In this document: one piece after another, positions 8,408 through 18,059 of the stretch | How positions within the stretch are numbered: position 1 is the stretch's first letter | Layout: each line of letters begins with the position of its first letter | IMG/VR virus record: IMGVR_UViG_3300049139_000233 | Coordinates: 28,596 to 92,595 of that record | Length of the DNA stretch: 64,000 bases | Source: a virus | Strand: one strand, 5' to 3' | Made by a program: the position numbers and the translations under genes | The notes under the pieces: generated by a model | Seen by the model: only the letters and a program-made list of their open reading frames with translations | The model's database searches: none | What the model was told of the DNA's origin: nothing

Positions 8408-8785
8408 TCAGGGGCGGGGGACTTCCTTCTCCACGCGGCCGACGGCGTCCAGGCCGGTCATCACCAGGTGGATGCTGTTGGCGATGTCCATGAGCAGGTC
8501 ACCGGCCCGGCCGCGCTCCTCACTCACCTCGCGAGTCTCGATGGTGCGGTGGTTGATGCGGCGGACACCGGCGAGGCGGGAGCCGGTGCGGCCAATGCGG
8601 GCGGCCAGGCCGGACAGCGGGTTGTTCTCGTCGTAGCGGTAGCCGTAGCCGTCGGCGGTGATGTAGTCGATGATGCCGGGGATGCCGTAGACCTTGTGCT
8701 CGGCCAGGGTGTCCGCGTAGTGGCTCAGGATGGCGCCGATGTAGAGCATGGCGGGGGCGGCGGCGCGGGTGGCGGTGGCGGTCAT
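8408..8785 (-). CDS. hypothetical protein (125 aa)
   Basis: ATG at 8785 follows a SAS-like leader, with a P-box at 8831..8873. Confidence 0.6.
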   Translation of the reverse strand: MTATATRAAAPAMLYIGAILSHYADTLAEHKVYGIPGIIDYITADGYGYRYDENNPLSGLAARIGRTGSRLAGVRRINHRTIETREVSEERGRAGDLLMDIANSIHLVMTGLDAVGRVEKEVPRP

Positions 8786-8830
8786 CTTCGGTTCCTCATT
8801 CCTTGGTCGGTCGGTGCGGTGTCCCCGTCC

Positions 8831-8873
8831 CGATGAATTAATTAAACCATGGGGTCTCGCAAAGAACAACCCG
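8831..8873 (-). promoter_or_regulatory. P-box promoter/operator
   Basis: Minus strand reads CCGGGTTGTTC-N12-CATGGTTTAATTAATTCATCG. Confidence 0.6.
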
Positions 8874-8953
8874 GAGGATGGCACGGAACCTGTCTGCCGC
8901 AGAATCGCTCCTGGCGAAGCGCAAAACGTGTGTTTTGAGCGCGCCCGGTTCTC

Positions 8954-8997
8954 GGGGTTGCGCGGCAGGGGTCGGCATGGTTTAATTAATCCATGGG
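8954..8997 (+). promoter_or_regulatory. P-box promoter/operator
   Basis: GGGGTTGCGC-N12-CATGGTTTAATTAATCCATGG. It is divergent from the 8831..8873 copy. Confidence 0.6.
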
Positions 8998-9023
8998 TTC
9001 ACCGACCAGGGAACGAGGACCGC

Positions 9024-9254
9024 ATGAGCGCTCAGACCACCACGTGCACGGAGAAGACGGCCAGCCGATGGCACTCGCCCGACCCGTTCGGGGTCTGGGG
9101 TGAGCGTGACCCGAACCCGGTGGACCCGGGCCCGTACCGCGACGGCGAGACCATCGAGTGCCGGACGTGCGGTGCCACCGTCGTCGTGACGCACCGGATC
9201 ACCAACAAGCGCGCGACCGGCACGCAGTACGTCGGCGACCTCGCCGCGCACTGA
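9024..9254 (+). CDS. hypothetical small protein (76 aa), CxxC-containing
   Basis: ATG at 9024 follows GACCAGGGAACGAGGACCGC. There is a P-box at 8954..8997 and a terminator at 9266..9300. Confidence 0.6.
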   Translation: MSAQTTTCTEKTASRWHSPDPFGVWGERDPNPVDPGPYRDGETIECRTCGATVVVTHRITNKRATGTQYVGDLAAH

Positions 9255-9265
9255 CCTCAGACGCG

Positions 9266-9300
9266 GAGAAGCCCCGCCGGACCGCCCGGCGGGGCTTCTC
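9266..9300 (+). terminator. hairpin terminator
   Basis: GAGAAGCCCCGCCGG / CCGGCGGGGCTTCTC. Confidence 0.65.
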
Positions 9301-9344
9301 CGCTTCCCAGGCAGCCCACAGGCTGGAAGGTAGGCTCATCGTAC

Positions 9345-10427
9345 GTGACCACCACGATCACGACCACCGGCGCCGGCAGTCCCCTCCTCGCCTCCGCGAT
9401 GCACGACCACCTCGCCTCCCTGCGCGAGCGGCTTGGCGTGGTCCGGCCGCGCGACCGCCGCACCCGCCGGCTCAGCCCGCCGGTGTACCGGCTGGACCTG
9501 CTGCACGAGCTGGTGGAGCGCGAGACGTTCGAGCACGTCGTCACCTGGCTGCGGTCGCGCCGCTCCGACGGCACCGCCCGGGAGTACGCGGATGACGTCC
9601 GGCACTGGGCCCTGGCCGGGCGGGAGTTGTGCGGCACCGAGCCGTGGTACCTCGGCTCCATCACCCCGGACGTCATTCCGGTGTGGCGCGGATGGGCGAC
9701 GGAGGATCTGGGGCTGCGCGGCCGGCGGGTCAACCGGCTCTGCTCCTCTCTCACCTCGCTGATCGAATGGGTGAAGTACCAGACCCGCCAGGAGCTGATC
9801 CACCCCATCACCCGGTACGACCGGTTCAAGGTCGACCCGGACGACGAGTCGTCCATGACCCCGATCCTGGAAGTCGCCGAGCTGCAAGCCGTGCTGAACG
9901 CGTGCGACACGGCCCGGCAGGCGTTCGCGGTCTCCCTGATCTACACCCTGGCAGGCCGCGTCTCGGAGTGCTGCGACGCCGGCGCGGATGACCTGTCCTC
10001 GGAGTCGGGGACGTGCGTGCTCACCTTGCGGCGCAAGGGCGGCAAGACGGTGCCGTTCCCGCTGCCGGCGGAGCTGTGCGAGCTGGGCGCGGCGGCCTGG
10101 CGGGGCAGCACGAGCACGGCGCTCCTGCTCGATGACGACGGCCGGCCGATGGACCGGCACGCGGTGGACCGGCTGCTCAACCGCCTCGGCCGGACGGCCG
10201 GTGTCCTGCCCGGCCGGGACCTCACCCCTCACGTCCTGCGCGCGAGCAAGCTGACCCACATGTACGACGAGGGCACGGCGCCGGACGACATCCGCCGGTT
10301 CGCCGACCACGCGAACGTCTCCACGACCATGCGGTACATCCGGCGCCGCACGAACGCGGGTCTGCGCGCGAAGCACACGCAAGCGGCCGTGAAGGTGTAC
10401 GAGGGCCTGGTGAACCGGTTCCTGTGA
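9345..10427 (+). CDS. int: tyrosine recombinase / integrase
   Basis: C-terminal catalytic region: ...LTPHVLRASKLTHMYDEGTAPDDIRRFADHANVSTTMRYIRRR (R...HxxR...Y pattern). The N-terminal SAM-like domain contains ...VIPVWRGW.... The GTG start at 9345 is uncertain; ATG 9399 is an alternative. Confidence 0.85.
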   Translation: MTTTITTTGAGSPLLASAMHDHLASLRERLGVVRPRDRRTRRLSPPVYRLDLLHELVERETFEHVVTWLRSRRSDGTAREYADDVRHWALAGRELCGTEPWYLGSITPDVIPVWRGWATEDLGLRGRRVNRLCSSLTSLIEWVKYQTRQELIHPITRYDRFKVDPDDESSMTPILEVAELQAVLNACDTARQAFAVSLIYTLAGRVSECCDAGADDLSSESGTCVLTLRRKGGKTVPFPLPAELCELGAAAWRGSTSTALLLDDDGRPMDRHAVDRLLNRLGRTAGVLPGRDLTPHVLRASKLTHMYDEGTAPDDIRRFADHANVSTTMRYIRRRTNAGLRAKHTQAAVKVYEGLVNRFL

Positions 10428-10435
10428 CACGACGA

Positions 10436-10463
10436 AGCCCCGGAGTCACGGGACTCCGGGGCT
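10436..10463. terminator. bidirectional hairpin terminator
   Basis: AGCCCCGGAGTC-acgg-GACTCCGGGGCT, between int and the convergent small gene. Confidence 0.65.
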
Positions 10464-10485
10464 GGTCTGCGGGCAGGGACCGTGG

Positions 10486-10767
10486 TCAGGCGCGGGAGAC
10501 GCGTACGTAGGTGCCGGTGACGGCGTCGCCGGCGACCCAGTTGCCCTCACGCTTCCAGCCGTTCGCGGTGAGGACGGAGTCCGCCTCGGCGTACGGGCCG
10601 TCGGGCTCCGCGCCCATGACGTAGTCCACGCTGTCGCCGGTCAGCCGGATCGTCTCCGACAGCACGGCGTCCTTGCCTTCCCGGCCGCCGTACATCGTGA
10701 CGCCCTCGAAGACCTCCACGCGGGCCGTGTCGTCGGATTCAGCGGTGAGGTACGCGCGAGTCTGCAT
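10486..10767 (-). CDS. hypothetical protein (93 aa), single-gene cassette
   Basis: Internal ATG at 10767. P-box at 10794..10834 and a shared hairpin at 10436..10463. Confidence 0.6.
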   Translation of the reverse strand: MQTRAYLTAESDDTARVEVFEGVTMYGGREGKDAVLSETIRLTGDSVDYVMGAEPDGPYAEADSVLTANGWKREGNWVAGDAVTGTYVRVSRA

Positions 10768-10793
10768 GGTCAGTTCCTCCGTGGTCCGTGTTC

Positions 10794-10834
10794 CTGATTT
10801 GATTAAATCATGCTTCGGCCGGGACGGCAACCCC
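10794..10834 (-). promoter_or_regulatory. P-box promoter/operator
   Basis: Minus strand reads GGGGTTGCCG-N12-CATGATTTAATCAAATCAG. It overlaps the 3' end of the exonuclease gene. Confidence 0.55.
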
Positions 10835-12079
10835 GGCCGCCATCTCCCGCAGCCGGTCCACGACCGCGCGGCAGTCCGACGCGGCCCGGTGGTCCCCGCC
10901 GTACAGCGGCTGCCAGCGGTAACCGCCGTGGTAGTCGGACCACTCCCCCACCCAGTCGGAGTAGGGCACCATCACGTCCTCGAACCGCAGCGTCTCCAGC
11001 CACGCGGCGGCCGAGGCGGCGGGGTCGTCGTGCCCGGCCTCGCGGTAGTGCAGCGTCAGCTCGTGCCGCAGCCGGCCGACGTCGAACCCCCGGTTGTAGA
11101 CCAGGCACCGCCGGTTGATCAGTGCGCCGGTGAGCTGCACCAGGACTTCTCCGAACCGGGGCTTCCCCCGCACGTCCGCGTCGGTGATGCCGTGGACGTC
11201 TGCCGCCTCGGCCGGAATCGGCTCGCCCGGGTCGAGCAGCGTGTCCACCAGGACCTCGCCGCCGACGGTCACCACGGCGATGTCCACGATGCGCGCCCCG
11301 TCGTGCAGCCCGGACGTCTCCGTGTCCAGGACGACCGTGCGCGGATCGGCGAGGGCGTCCCGCGCCCACGCCGACAGGTCCGCGACCTCACAGCGACGGG
11401 CTTCATCAACCCGGCGCGCGTTCTCCGCGTCCTCGCGGCGCCGGGTCTCCTGCCAGCGGCCGTACGCCTCGGCACACGGCGGGCACCGCCGTGGTTCCCG
11501 CCAGGTCCCGGCCGCCCGCGCAGCGTCGATCTCCTCGTCCGTCACCGTCTGCGCCGTGCACTCGTGGCCCGGGTATCCGGGGCAGGTACGGCGCCACGCG
11601 GCGGCCCGCTCGTCGGCGAGCTGCTTGCAGAGCGCATAGCGGATCCGGCACGGGTCGCACGACGGCCAGCCGTGCACGTCCCTCGGCAGCGCGGCCCCGG
11701 CCTCGCGCCGGCACCTCTCGCAGGTGCGTGCCCACCGGTCCTGCGCTTCCTGCTGCGCCCGTGTCTGGCAGTCGGTGCACCGGGTGTAGACGACGTACCC
11801 GCGCACCTCCTTGCACTCCGGGCAGGTGCGGCGGGACGTCATCGCGGTGCGCTGCTTCGCGGACAGCGGGCGCATCGCCGCTGCGCCGGCGGGGTCGTAC
11901 ATCGGGAACTCGCCCCAGCCGTGTCCGCGCCGGTACACCCGCAGCAGGGCCACCGGCTCCTGGCCGTCGGCCGGCTTGAGCCGGTCCGCCTTCAGCTCCG
12001 TCCGGGTGCGCAGATGCTGGTGGTGCTCGGGGATGTCCCGGCGCTCATAGACCGGGAGCGACGTGGTGGTGTCGGTCAT
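10808..12079 (-). CDS. DnaQ-like (DEDDh) 3'-5' exonuclease with Cys-rich N-terminal region
   Basis: Exonuclease motifs: VVLDTETSGL, HGITDADV, VYNRGFD, GGDHRAASDC. The N-terminal half has repeated CxxC pairs (CPECK, CTDCQ, CERCR, CDPCR, CPPCA). I prefer ATG 12079. Confidence 0.75.
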   Translation of the reverse strand: MTDTTTSLPVYERRDIPEHHQHLRTRTELKADRLKPADGQEPVALLRVYRRGHGWGEFPMYDPAGAAAMRPLSAKQRTAMTSRRTCPECKEVRGYVVYTRCTDCQTRAQQEAQDRWARTCERCRREAGAALPRDVHGWPSCDPCRIRYALCKQLADERAAAWRRTCPGYPGHECTAQTVTDEEIDAARAAGTWREPRRCPPCAEAYGRWQETRRREDAENARRVDEARRCEVADLSAWARDALADPRTVVLDTETSGLHDGARIVDIAVVTVGGEVLVDTLLDPGEPIPAEAADVHGITDADVRGKPRFGEVLVQLTGALINRRCLVYNRGFDVGRLRHELTLHYREAGHDDPAASAAAWLETLRFEDVMVPYSDWVGEWSDYHGGYRWQPLYGGDHRAASDCRAVVDRLREMAAGVAVPAEA

Positions 12080-12114
12080 ATCGGGAAGGTACCGCGAGGC
12101 ACTGACAACCGAGG

Positions 12115-12348
12115 TCAGTTCGGGGCGCGCAGTCGGTAGTCCGGGCACTTGCCGGGGTCACCCCACGGCGCCTTGTGAGGCTTGGTGCTTCCGCACCAGG
12201 GGCACGGGAGCACCGGGCGGGCCTGGCTTCCCTCGATCCCGCAGTACCCGGCGTCGCCGAACTCGGCGTTGCTGTAGACGACGATGGCCGGACGGCCGCA
12301 GGTGCACAGCTCGCCGGGTGCGGCGAGTCGCTCTGTCGAGTCGGTCAC
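12115..12348 (-). CDS. hypothetical Cys-rich small protein (77 aa)
   Basis: GTG start at 12348 overlaps the upstream stop (GTGA). Sequence includes CTCGRPA...CPWCGS. Confidence 0.55.
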   Translation of the reverse strand: MTDSTERLAAPGELCTCGRPAIVVYSNAEFGDAGYCGIEGSQARPVLPCPWCGSTKPHKAPWGDPGKCPDYRLRAPN

Positions 12349-12596
12349 CGCCCGGCCTCTCGAACGCCGGCGACGACCCCGTCCAGGAACGCGTACACGC
12401 TCGCTCGGTCCATTGGGCTCTGGCCACTGCCGCCCACGTGCACCGAGTACCTGTCGTCGTCCAGGTCGATGACGTGGATGCGCAACCCGGTCTCACAGGC
12501 CGCGACGCCAGCGGTCCACTGAACCTCCAGATGAGGGGGCCAGTTCGGGTCATACGGCGGGTTGTGGCTGCCATCGGGGTTCCGCGTCACGTCCAT
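12345..12596 (-). CDS. hypothetical protein (83 aa)
   Basis: Internal ATG at 12596. Composition is balanced from MDVTRNPDG onward. Confidence 0.5.
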   Translation of the reverse strand: MDVTRNPDGSHNPPYDPNWPPHLEVQWTAGVAACETGLRIHVIDLDDDRYSVHVGGSGQSPMDRASVYAFLDGVVAGVREAGR

Positions 12597-12627
12597 GGCC
12601 TGCAGACTACCGGCCGCCGACGGCCCG

Positions 12628-13059
12628 TCAGGCCCATTCCCGCGAGGCGAGCAGGGCCGCGCCGGCCCACACTGCGCCCCACACGAGGGCAGGGGCTGGG
12701 ACACCGACGGTGAGGGCGACGGCGGCGGTGACGGCGGCGGACAGCCAGCCGGACACGCACCACGGGCAGGTGATCAGCTCGGCCAGCCAGTACGGGGACC
12801 AACGGACCCGGCGCACGTACCGGTTCGTCTGGCCGTCGATGAGCGTCAGCGTGCCGAGCTGAGGGTGCCGGACGAACGGCTCGTCGTCCGTCGGACGGGC
12901 CGGGGCCCACTTCTCCTGCTCCGGTTCCGTCAGCGGGCGCCAGCCGCCGGCGAGGCGGTCGCGCAGCCAGAGCACCGGCGGGAAGGTGTCGCGGGCGGCG
13001 AGGCGGGAGGCGCGGTACGAGGCGAGGATCATGCAGGCGATGAGCAGCCAGGTGGGCAC
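12628..13059 (-). CDS. membrane protein, DUF1360-like
   Basis: TM helices plus ELITCPWCVSGWL, the signature I associate with DUF1360. GTG at 13059 follows GACCACGGAGCC. Confidence 0.6.
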   Translation of the reverse strand: MPTWLLIACMILASYRASRLAARDTFPPVLWLRDRLAGGWRPLTEPEQEKWAPARPTDDEPFVRHPQLGTLTLIDGQTNRYVRRVRWSPYWLAELITCPWCVSGWLSAAVTAAVALTVGVPAPALVWGAVWAGAALLASREWA

Positions 13060-13174
13060 TGTCGTGGCTCCGTGGTCCGTGGACGGGACGCCCTGTCGGG
13101 CGACGTGTTGGAGGTGGTCACCAGGCCGAGCGCCCCGCCGTAGGAGAGACGTTCCGCCTGGTGTGCCGGTTGCG

Positions 13175-13540
13175 TCAAGCGACGAGACGTCCGGGCGGGG
13201 AGACCTGTGCCGGCTGCGGCGCGGTGACGTTCGGCCGGGTGACGAACCACGCGACGATCAGCATCGCGGCGCCGACGACCTTCGCCTGCGTCTCGGAGTC
13301 CCACCCGAACCCGAAGTACGCAACGAGCGACACCCCGGCGACCACGAGGCCGTTCAGGGCGGCGATGATGCCGTCCCCCACCTGTACGGCGACGATGACG
13401 CCGAGAACGGCCGCGACGATGGCGGTGATGATGGACTGGAGCTGCGGGTCGAACCCGAGACCGAACGCGCTCAGGATCTGCCACACCGCGCCGACGGCCG
13501 CCATCCACACGGCCGGCTCCCGGCCGTAGACCTTGCCCAT
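13175..13540 (-). CDS. multi-pass membrane protein (holin candidate)
   Basis: 121 aa with 3-4 hydrophobic helices. It lies in a membrane-protein cluster downstream of terminase. Confidence 0.45.
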   Translation of the reverse strand: MGKVYGREPAVWMAAVGAVWQILSAFGLGFDPQLQSIITAIVAAVLGVIVAVQVGDGIIAALNGLVVAGVSLVAYFGFGWDSETQAKVVGAAMLIVAWFVTRPNVTAPQPAQVSPPGRLVA

Positions 13541-13555
13541 GATTCCTCCGTTGAC

Positions 13556-13837
13556 TCAGTGGTCGGGCCGGGCCAGGGCGCGGTCCAGCTTGTCCTCGAT
13601 GCGTTCCAGGTCCCGGGCGTCGGCCGCGAACAGCCAGTGCTTCGCACCCATCAGCAGGACCGCCTGGAAAACAAGCTGGAACCACTCGCTCTGCCAGTTC
13701 TCGAACGTCGCCGACCAGAATTCCGACCAGCCCTCTTGCCGGATCTTGGGCTGCATGGCGATGAGCTGGCCGGCCCACGACCCGGCGAACAGCAGGACGA
13801 GGATGTAGACCGCGCCCCAACGGCGGAAGTGACGCAC
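13556..13837 (-). CDS. membrane protein (93 aa)
   Basis: GTG at 13837 follows GGGAGGG-N4. One TM helix, then WSEFWSATFENWQSEWFQLVFQAVLLMG. Confidence 0.5.
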   Translation of the reverse strand: MRHFRRWGAVYILVLLFAGSWAGQLIAMQPKIRQEGWSEFWSATFENWQSEWFQLVFQAVLLMGAKHWLFAADARDLERIEDKLDRALARPDH

Positions 13838-13895
13838 CGACCCTCCCGAGGTAGACCCGGGCAGGGTAGGGCAGATCCGTCGATTCACCGACTCG

Positions 13896-14159
13896 TCACA
13901 GCAGCCCGCCGGTCGGCACGGTGACCGTGCTGGGCTTCCGCGCCGGCGGTGGGGCTGCGGCGGCCTTCGCGCACCAGGGGCACCGGTCCACCGGGGTGTG
14001 GTGGTGCTGCACGTGAACGGCCTGGCGGCAGATGCACCGGTCGCGGCCGAGGACGCGCACCGCCGCATCAGCGGCGGAGAGGACGGCCCGGGGGTCGGTG
14101 ATGCCGTGCTCGCGCAGGGCCTGGGCTATGGAGGTGAGCAGGGGGTCGTCGTTCACCAT
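13896..14159 (-). CDS. hypothetical protein (87 aa)
   Basis: ATG at 14159 overlaps the upstream stop (ATGA). Contains CICRQ...CPWC. Confidence 0.55.
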   Translation of the reverse strand: MVNDDPLLTSIAQALREHGITDPRAVLSAADAAVRVLGRDRCICRQAVHVQHHHTPVDRCPWCAKAAAAPPPARKPSTVTVPTGGLL

Positions 14160-14413
14160 CACGCTCGCTCCTTCCACTCCCGGAAGTACGTGTCGGCGGC
14201 GTCCTCTTCACCGCTGTCCCGGTCCGGGTCCAGTCCGAGAGCAAGGGCGAGGGCGCGGCGCAGGCCGCTGACTTCCCCGGCGATTGTCAGCTTGACGTGG
14301 AGGTCAGCCCCGGCAGCGGAGCCGAATACAGATGACCTTTCGTACCGGTCCTGAACCTCGGCGATGTGCCTGCACAAGGCGTCGATGTACTCCGGGGGTG
14401 CGGCGTACGTCAT
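14159..14413 (-). CDS. hypothetical protein (84 aa)
   Basis: Internal ATG at 14413 follows GACCAAGGAATGAGGAGACC. Confidence 0.6.
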   Translation of the reverse strand: MTYAAPPEYIDALCRHIAEVQDRYERSSVFGSAAGADLHVKLTIAGEVSGLRRALALALGLDPDRDSGEEDAADTYFREWKERA

Positions 14414-14435
14414 GGTCTCCTCATTCCTTGGTCCG

Positions 14436-14460
14436 AGTGATTTGGTTAAGCCGTACCCGG
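14436..14460 (-). promoter_or_regulatory. degenerate P-box
   Basis: Minus strand reads GTACGGCTTAACCAAATCACTCGG, between the terminase stop and ATG 14413. Confidence 0.3.
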
Positions 14461-14472
14461 TAAAACACTGTG

Positions 14473-15843
14473 TCACCCGATCGTCCGCGTAGCAGAGGCG
14501 AGGCCCCTGGACGACACCGTGCCGGTCACCGTCGGCTTCACGATCCGCTGGTGCCAGGCCGGCCAGACCATCGCGTCCAGCCGGTCCGGTGACCAGTCCA
14601 GCTCGTCGTACCAGGTGCAGAGCTGGTCTTCCAGTTCTTCGTACGTCCCGGCCATGTGCCAACGGCCCTGCTCGGTCAGGGCGCTCACCGGTTCCGCGCG
14701 GACCTTCTTGCCCCTGGTTGCGCGCACCACCTTGATGGGGATGTTGATGCCCATGGCGTCGGCGGCGGCCCGGATGGTGTTGACTGCCATGTCTCCGCCG
14801 AAGTTGACCTCCACGCAGATGTCGTCAGCCTCGTAGTCGATGGCCGCCTGCACCGCGCGCCGGCCCCAGCCGTCCGGCGACAGGCGGCAGGTGCGGTCGG
14901 CGAGCACGTAGCCGTGGGCGAGGTTCACCTTCCGGCCGTCGGTCCGGACGTGCTCCAGCATCGCTTTGCCGTCCACGATGATGCCCTGTTCGCCCCGGCC
15001 GCCCGAGGGGTCCACGCCCACGGACTTGCGCACCATGTGCGGCAGGTCGCTGGGGCGCACACGCGTGGTGTCGAGCATCGCGCGGGTCCACAGCGCGTTC
15101 TCGTCCTGGTCGATGACCTCCGCGTACAGCTCCTGACGGCCGATCTGCGTACCGCCGTACGCGTCCTCCAGCGCAGTCCGGATGTCCTCGGGCAGGTGGG
15201 GGTTGTCGTACGTCGTCGCCCGGGTGACGACCGTGTTCGGTATCTCACCGGCCGTCAGCCGCTTGATGAGGGCACGCGGCTTGGGGGTGGTGGAGGCGAC
15301 CCAGTGCGGGCGGGTCCCGGCGCGCAGACCGAAGCGCATCTGGTCCCACGTCTGGTCCAGGTACCTCCACGCCGCCAGCTCCTCGGCCCACACAACGCAC
15401 CGGTTACCGCCGGACCGCAGGCGTTCGACGTCCTCGGGTGAGTGCGACCCGAATACCTTCGCCTCGCTCCCGTTCGGCCAGCGGATGACTGTGCCGCCCT
15501 GCGCCGTGGTCATCCGCGCCTCGGGGCTGTGCACCCGAAGCCCGGAGGGCCCCGCGTAGCAGGACGTGACCGCGTCGCCGAGGGTCGGGGCGATGATGCC
15601 GACCCAGTGCGGGACGGGACCGGGCAGGCACGGCGGGCCCGTGACGTGCTCGTGGATGTACCGCGCGCAGGCGTCGGTCTTTCCGGCGCCGCGTCCGGCC
15701 ATCAGCAGCCAGCCGTACCAGTCACCGGGCGGCGGGACCTGGTGGGGCAGCGGGGTCCATCGCGGCTCGGTCAGGGTGCGCGCGTGCATGAGCAGCTTCT
15801 CCGCCGCGCGGGTCCTCAGCCTCGCATCCACCATGCCGGTCAT
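14473..15843 (-). CDS. terL: terminase large subunit
   Basis: Walker A LLMAGRGAGKTD and Walker B-like VVWAEELAAW. Nuclease half: VGVDPSGG, VEVNFGGD, SPDRLDAMVW. I prefer ATG 15843 (MTGMVDARL...). Confidence 0.9.
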   Translation of the reverse strand: MTGMVDARLRTRAAEKLLMHARTLTEPRWTPLPHQVPPPGDWYGWLLMAGRGAGKTDACARYIHEHVTGPPCLPGPVPHWVGIIAPTLGDAVTSCYAGPSGLRVHSPEARMTTAQGGTVIRWPNGSEAKVFGSHSPEDVERLRSGGNRCVVWAEELAAWRYLDQTWDQMRFGLRAGTRPHWVASTTPKPRALIKRLTAGEIPNTVVTRATTYDNPHLPEDIRTALEDAYGGTQIGRQELYAEVIDQDENALWTRAMLDTTRVRPSDLPHMVRKSVGVDPSGGRGEQGIIVDGKAMLEHVRTDGRKVNLAHGYVLADRTCRLSPDGWGRRAVQAAIDYEADDICVEVNFGGDMAVNTIRAAADAMGINIPIKVVRATRGKKVRAEPVSALTEQGRWHMAGTYEELEDQLCTWYDELDWSPDRLDAMVWPAWHQRIVKPTVTGTVSSRGLASATRTIG

Positions 15844-15961
15844 TGTCGGACGTCCCGGGCAGCGCGGTTTCCGGAGACGTGACGAGGCCCGCACAGGACG
15901 GGGGTGCCTGGCGGGCCTCGGTCTGCCGGTTGGAGTCAGCAGTGGTTCCGAGTGTACGCGG

Positions 15962-15998
15962 GAGAGCCCGTGCCGGGTCGTGGTCGGCACGGGCTCTC
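15962..15998 (-). terminator. hairpin terminator
   Basis: GAGAGCCCGTGCCG / CGGCACGGGCTCTC, downstream of the lysin. Confidence 0.6.
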
Positions 15999-16075
15999 TG
16001 CGGCGGGCTACGGGGTGAGGCGGCCCCCGCTCCGGTCCTTGGCGCCGGCCCGCGCGGCCGTCTGCGGCGCCCTGC

Positions 16076-17131
<1,056 letters not shown>

Positions 17132-17947
17132 TCAGACGGTGGCCGGCTCGGGCAGCAGGCCGTGCTCGCGCGCCTTGCGCAGGGCGGCGGGCAGGCGTGA
17201 GCCCTTCTCCATCCACGCCACATCCAGGCGCCGGTACGCCTCGGACAGCCGGGTGGAGCAGGTGCCCCGGGCGAGGCCGAGGCGCTGCGCCGTCTCGGCG
17301 AGGGTGGCTCCGGACTCCATCTCCAGCAGCACCCTGGCCTGCGTGTCCGACAGCCGGACCTCGCTCTGCGGGCTGCGGGGGCGCGGCGGCGGCTCGCTGC
17401 GCAGGAGGCCGCGCATCCGGGCCTCACGCAGGGCCACCTCGCGGCGGACCGCAGGCGGGAGCTGGGAGACACCGAGTGCGGCGTAGGCCTCGGCGGTGAG
17501 GGTCTTCACGGTCCGGTGGCTGACGTTCCACGCCTGGCACACCTGCGCCTGTGTGCGCCCCGCGTCGAACGCGCGCAAGAGGCGTACGTGCGGCTCCGTG
17601 AGCCGGACCGGGCGGCGGGTGGCGGCGTCGGCTTCCATGCGTTCTCGGTTGCCTCGCTTGCAGGCGGCGCACACGGGCTCGTCTCGTTTGATGTGGCGCC
17701 GGTAGGCGGCGAGGAGCCCGCAGTCCTCGTACGGGCCGATGTGCCCGGCCAGCAGGCCGTCCCGGACGGCCTGCGCGGCGGTGGTCACACCCATCACCTC
17801 ATAGATCCGGGCGCAGGTTTTCCGTATGACGCTGGGCGCCCGGTTCGTCTTGCGGGCGATGTCCGCACAGGTGTGCCCGGTGGACAGCAGCCACAGGATG
17901 CGTCGTTGACCTTCCGTCAGGATGACGACCGGTGACGCGGAGTCCAT
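17132..17947 (-). CDS. DNA-binding protein with three tandem LuxR/GerE-type HTH modules
   Basis: Three repeats: LTEGQRRILWLLSTGHTCADIARKTNRAPSVIRKTCARIYEVMGV; LTEPHVRLLRAFDAGRTQAQVCQAWNVSHRTVKTLTAEAYAALGV; LSDTQARVLLEMESGATLAETAQRLGLARGTCSTRLSEAYRRLDV. ATG at 17947 follows GGAAAGGGG. Confidence 0.7.
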   Translation of the reverse strand: MDSASPVVILTEGQRRILWLLSTGHTCADIARKTNRAPSVIRKTCARIYEVMGVTTAAQAVRDGLLAGHIGPYEDCGLLAAYRRHIKRDEPVCAACKRGNRERMEADAATRRPVRLTEPHVRLLRAFDAGRTQAQVCQAWNVSHRTVKTLTAEAYAALGVSQLPPAVRREVALREARMRGLLRSEPPPRPRSPQSEVRLSDTQARVLLEMESGATLAETAQRLGLARGTCSTRLSEAYRRLDVAWMEKGSRLPAALRKAREHGLLPEPATV

Positions 17948-18059
17948 GCGGACCACCCCTTTCCGTAGATTGGAGTGGACCCCGGGTCACGTCCACTGAC
18001 CCGGGGTCCTGTCGACCGGCACCGGCCCGGGGTCTCTCCTCCGGGTCCACCGGGACACT

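Noticed and set aside
9255-10485. attP core next to the integrase
   Set aside because: Only terminator hairpins flank int. I could not recognise a tRNA 3'-end-like segment or arm-type repeats by eye, so no attP is called.
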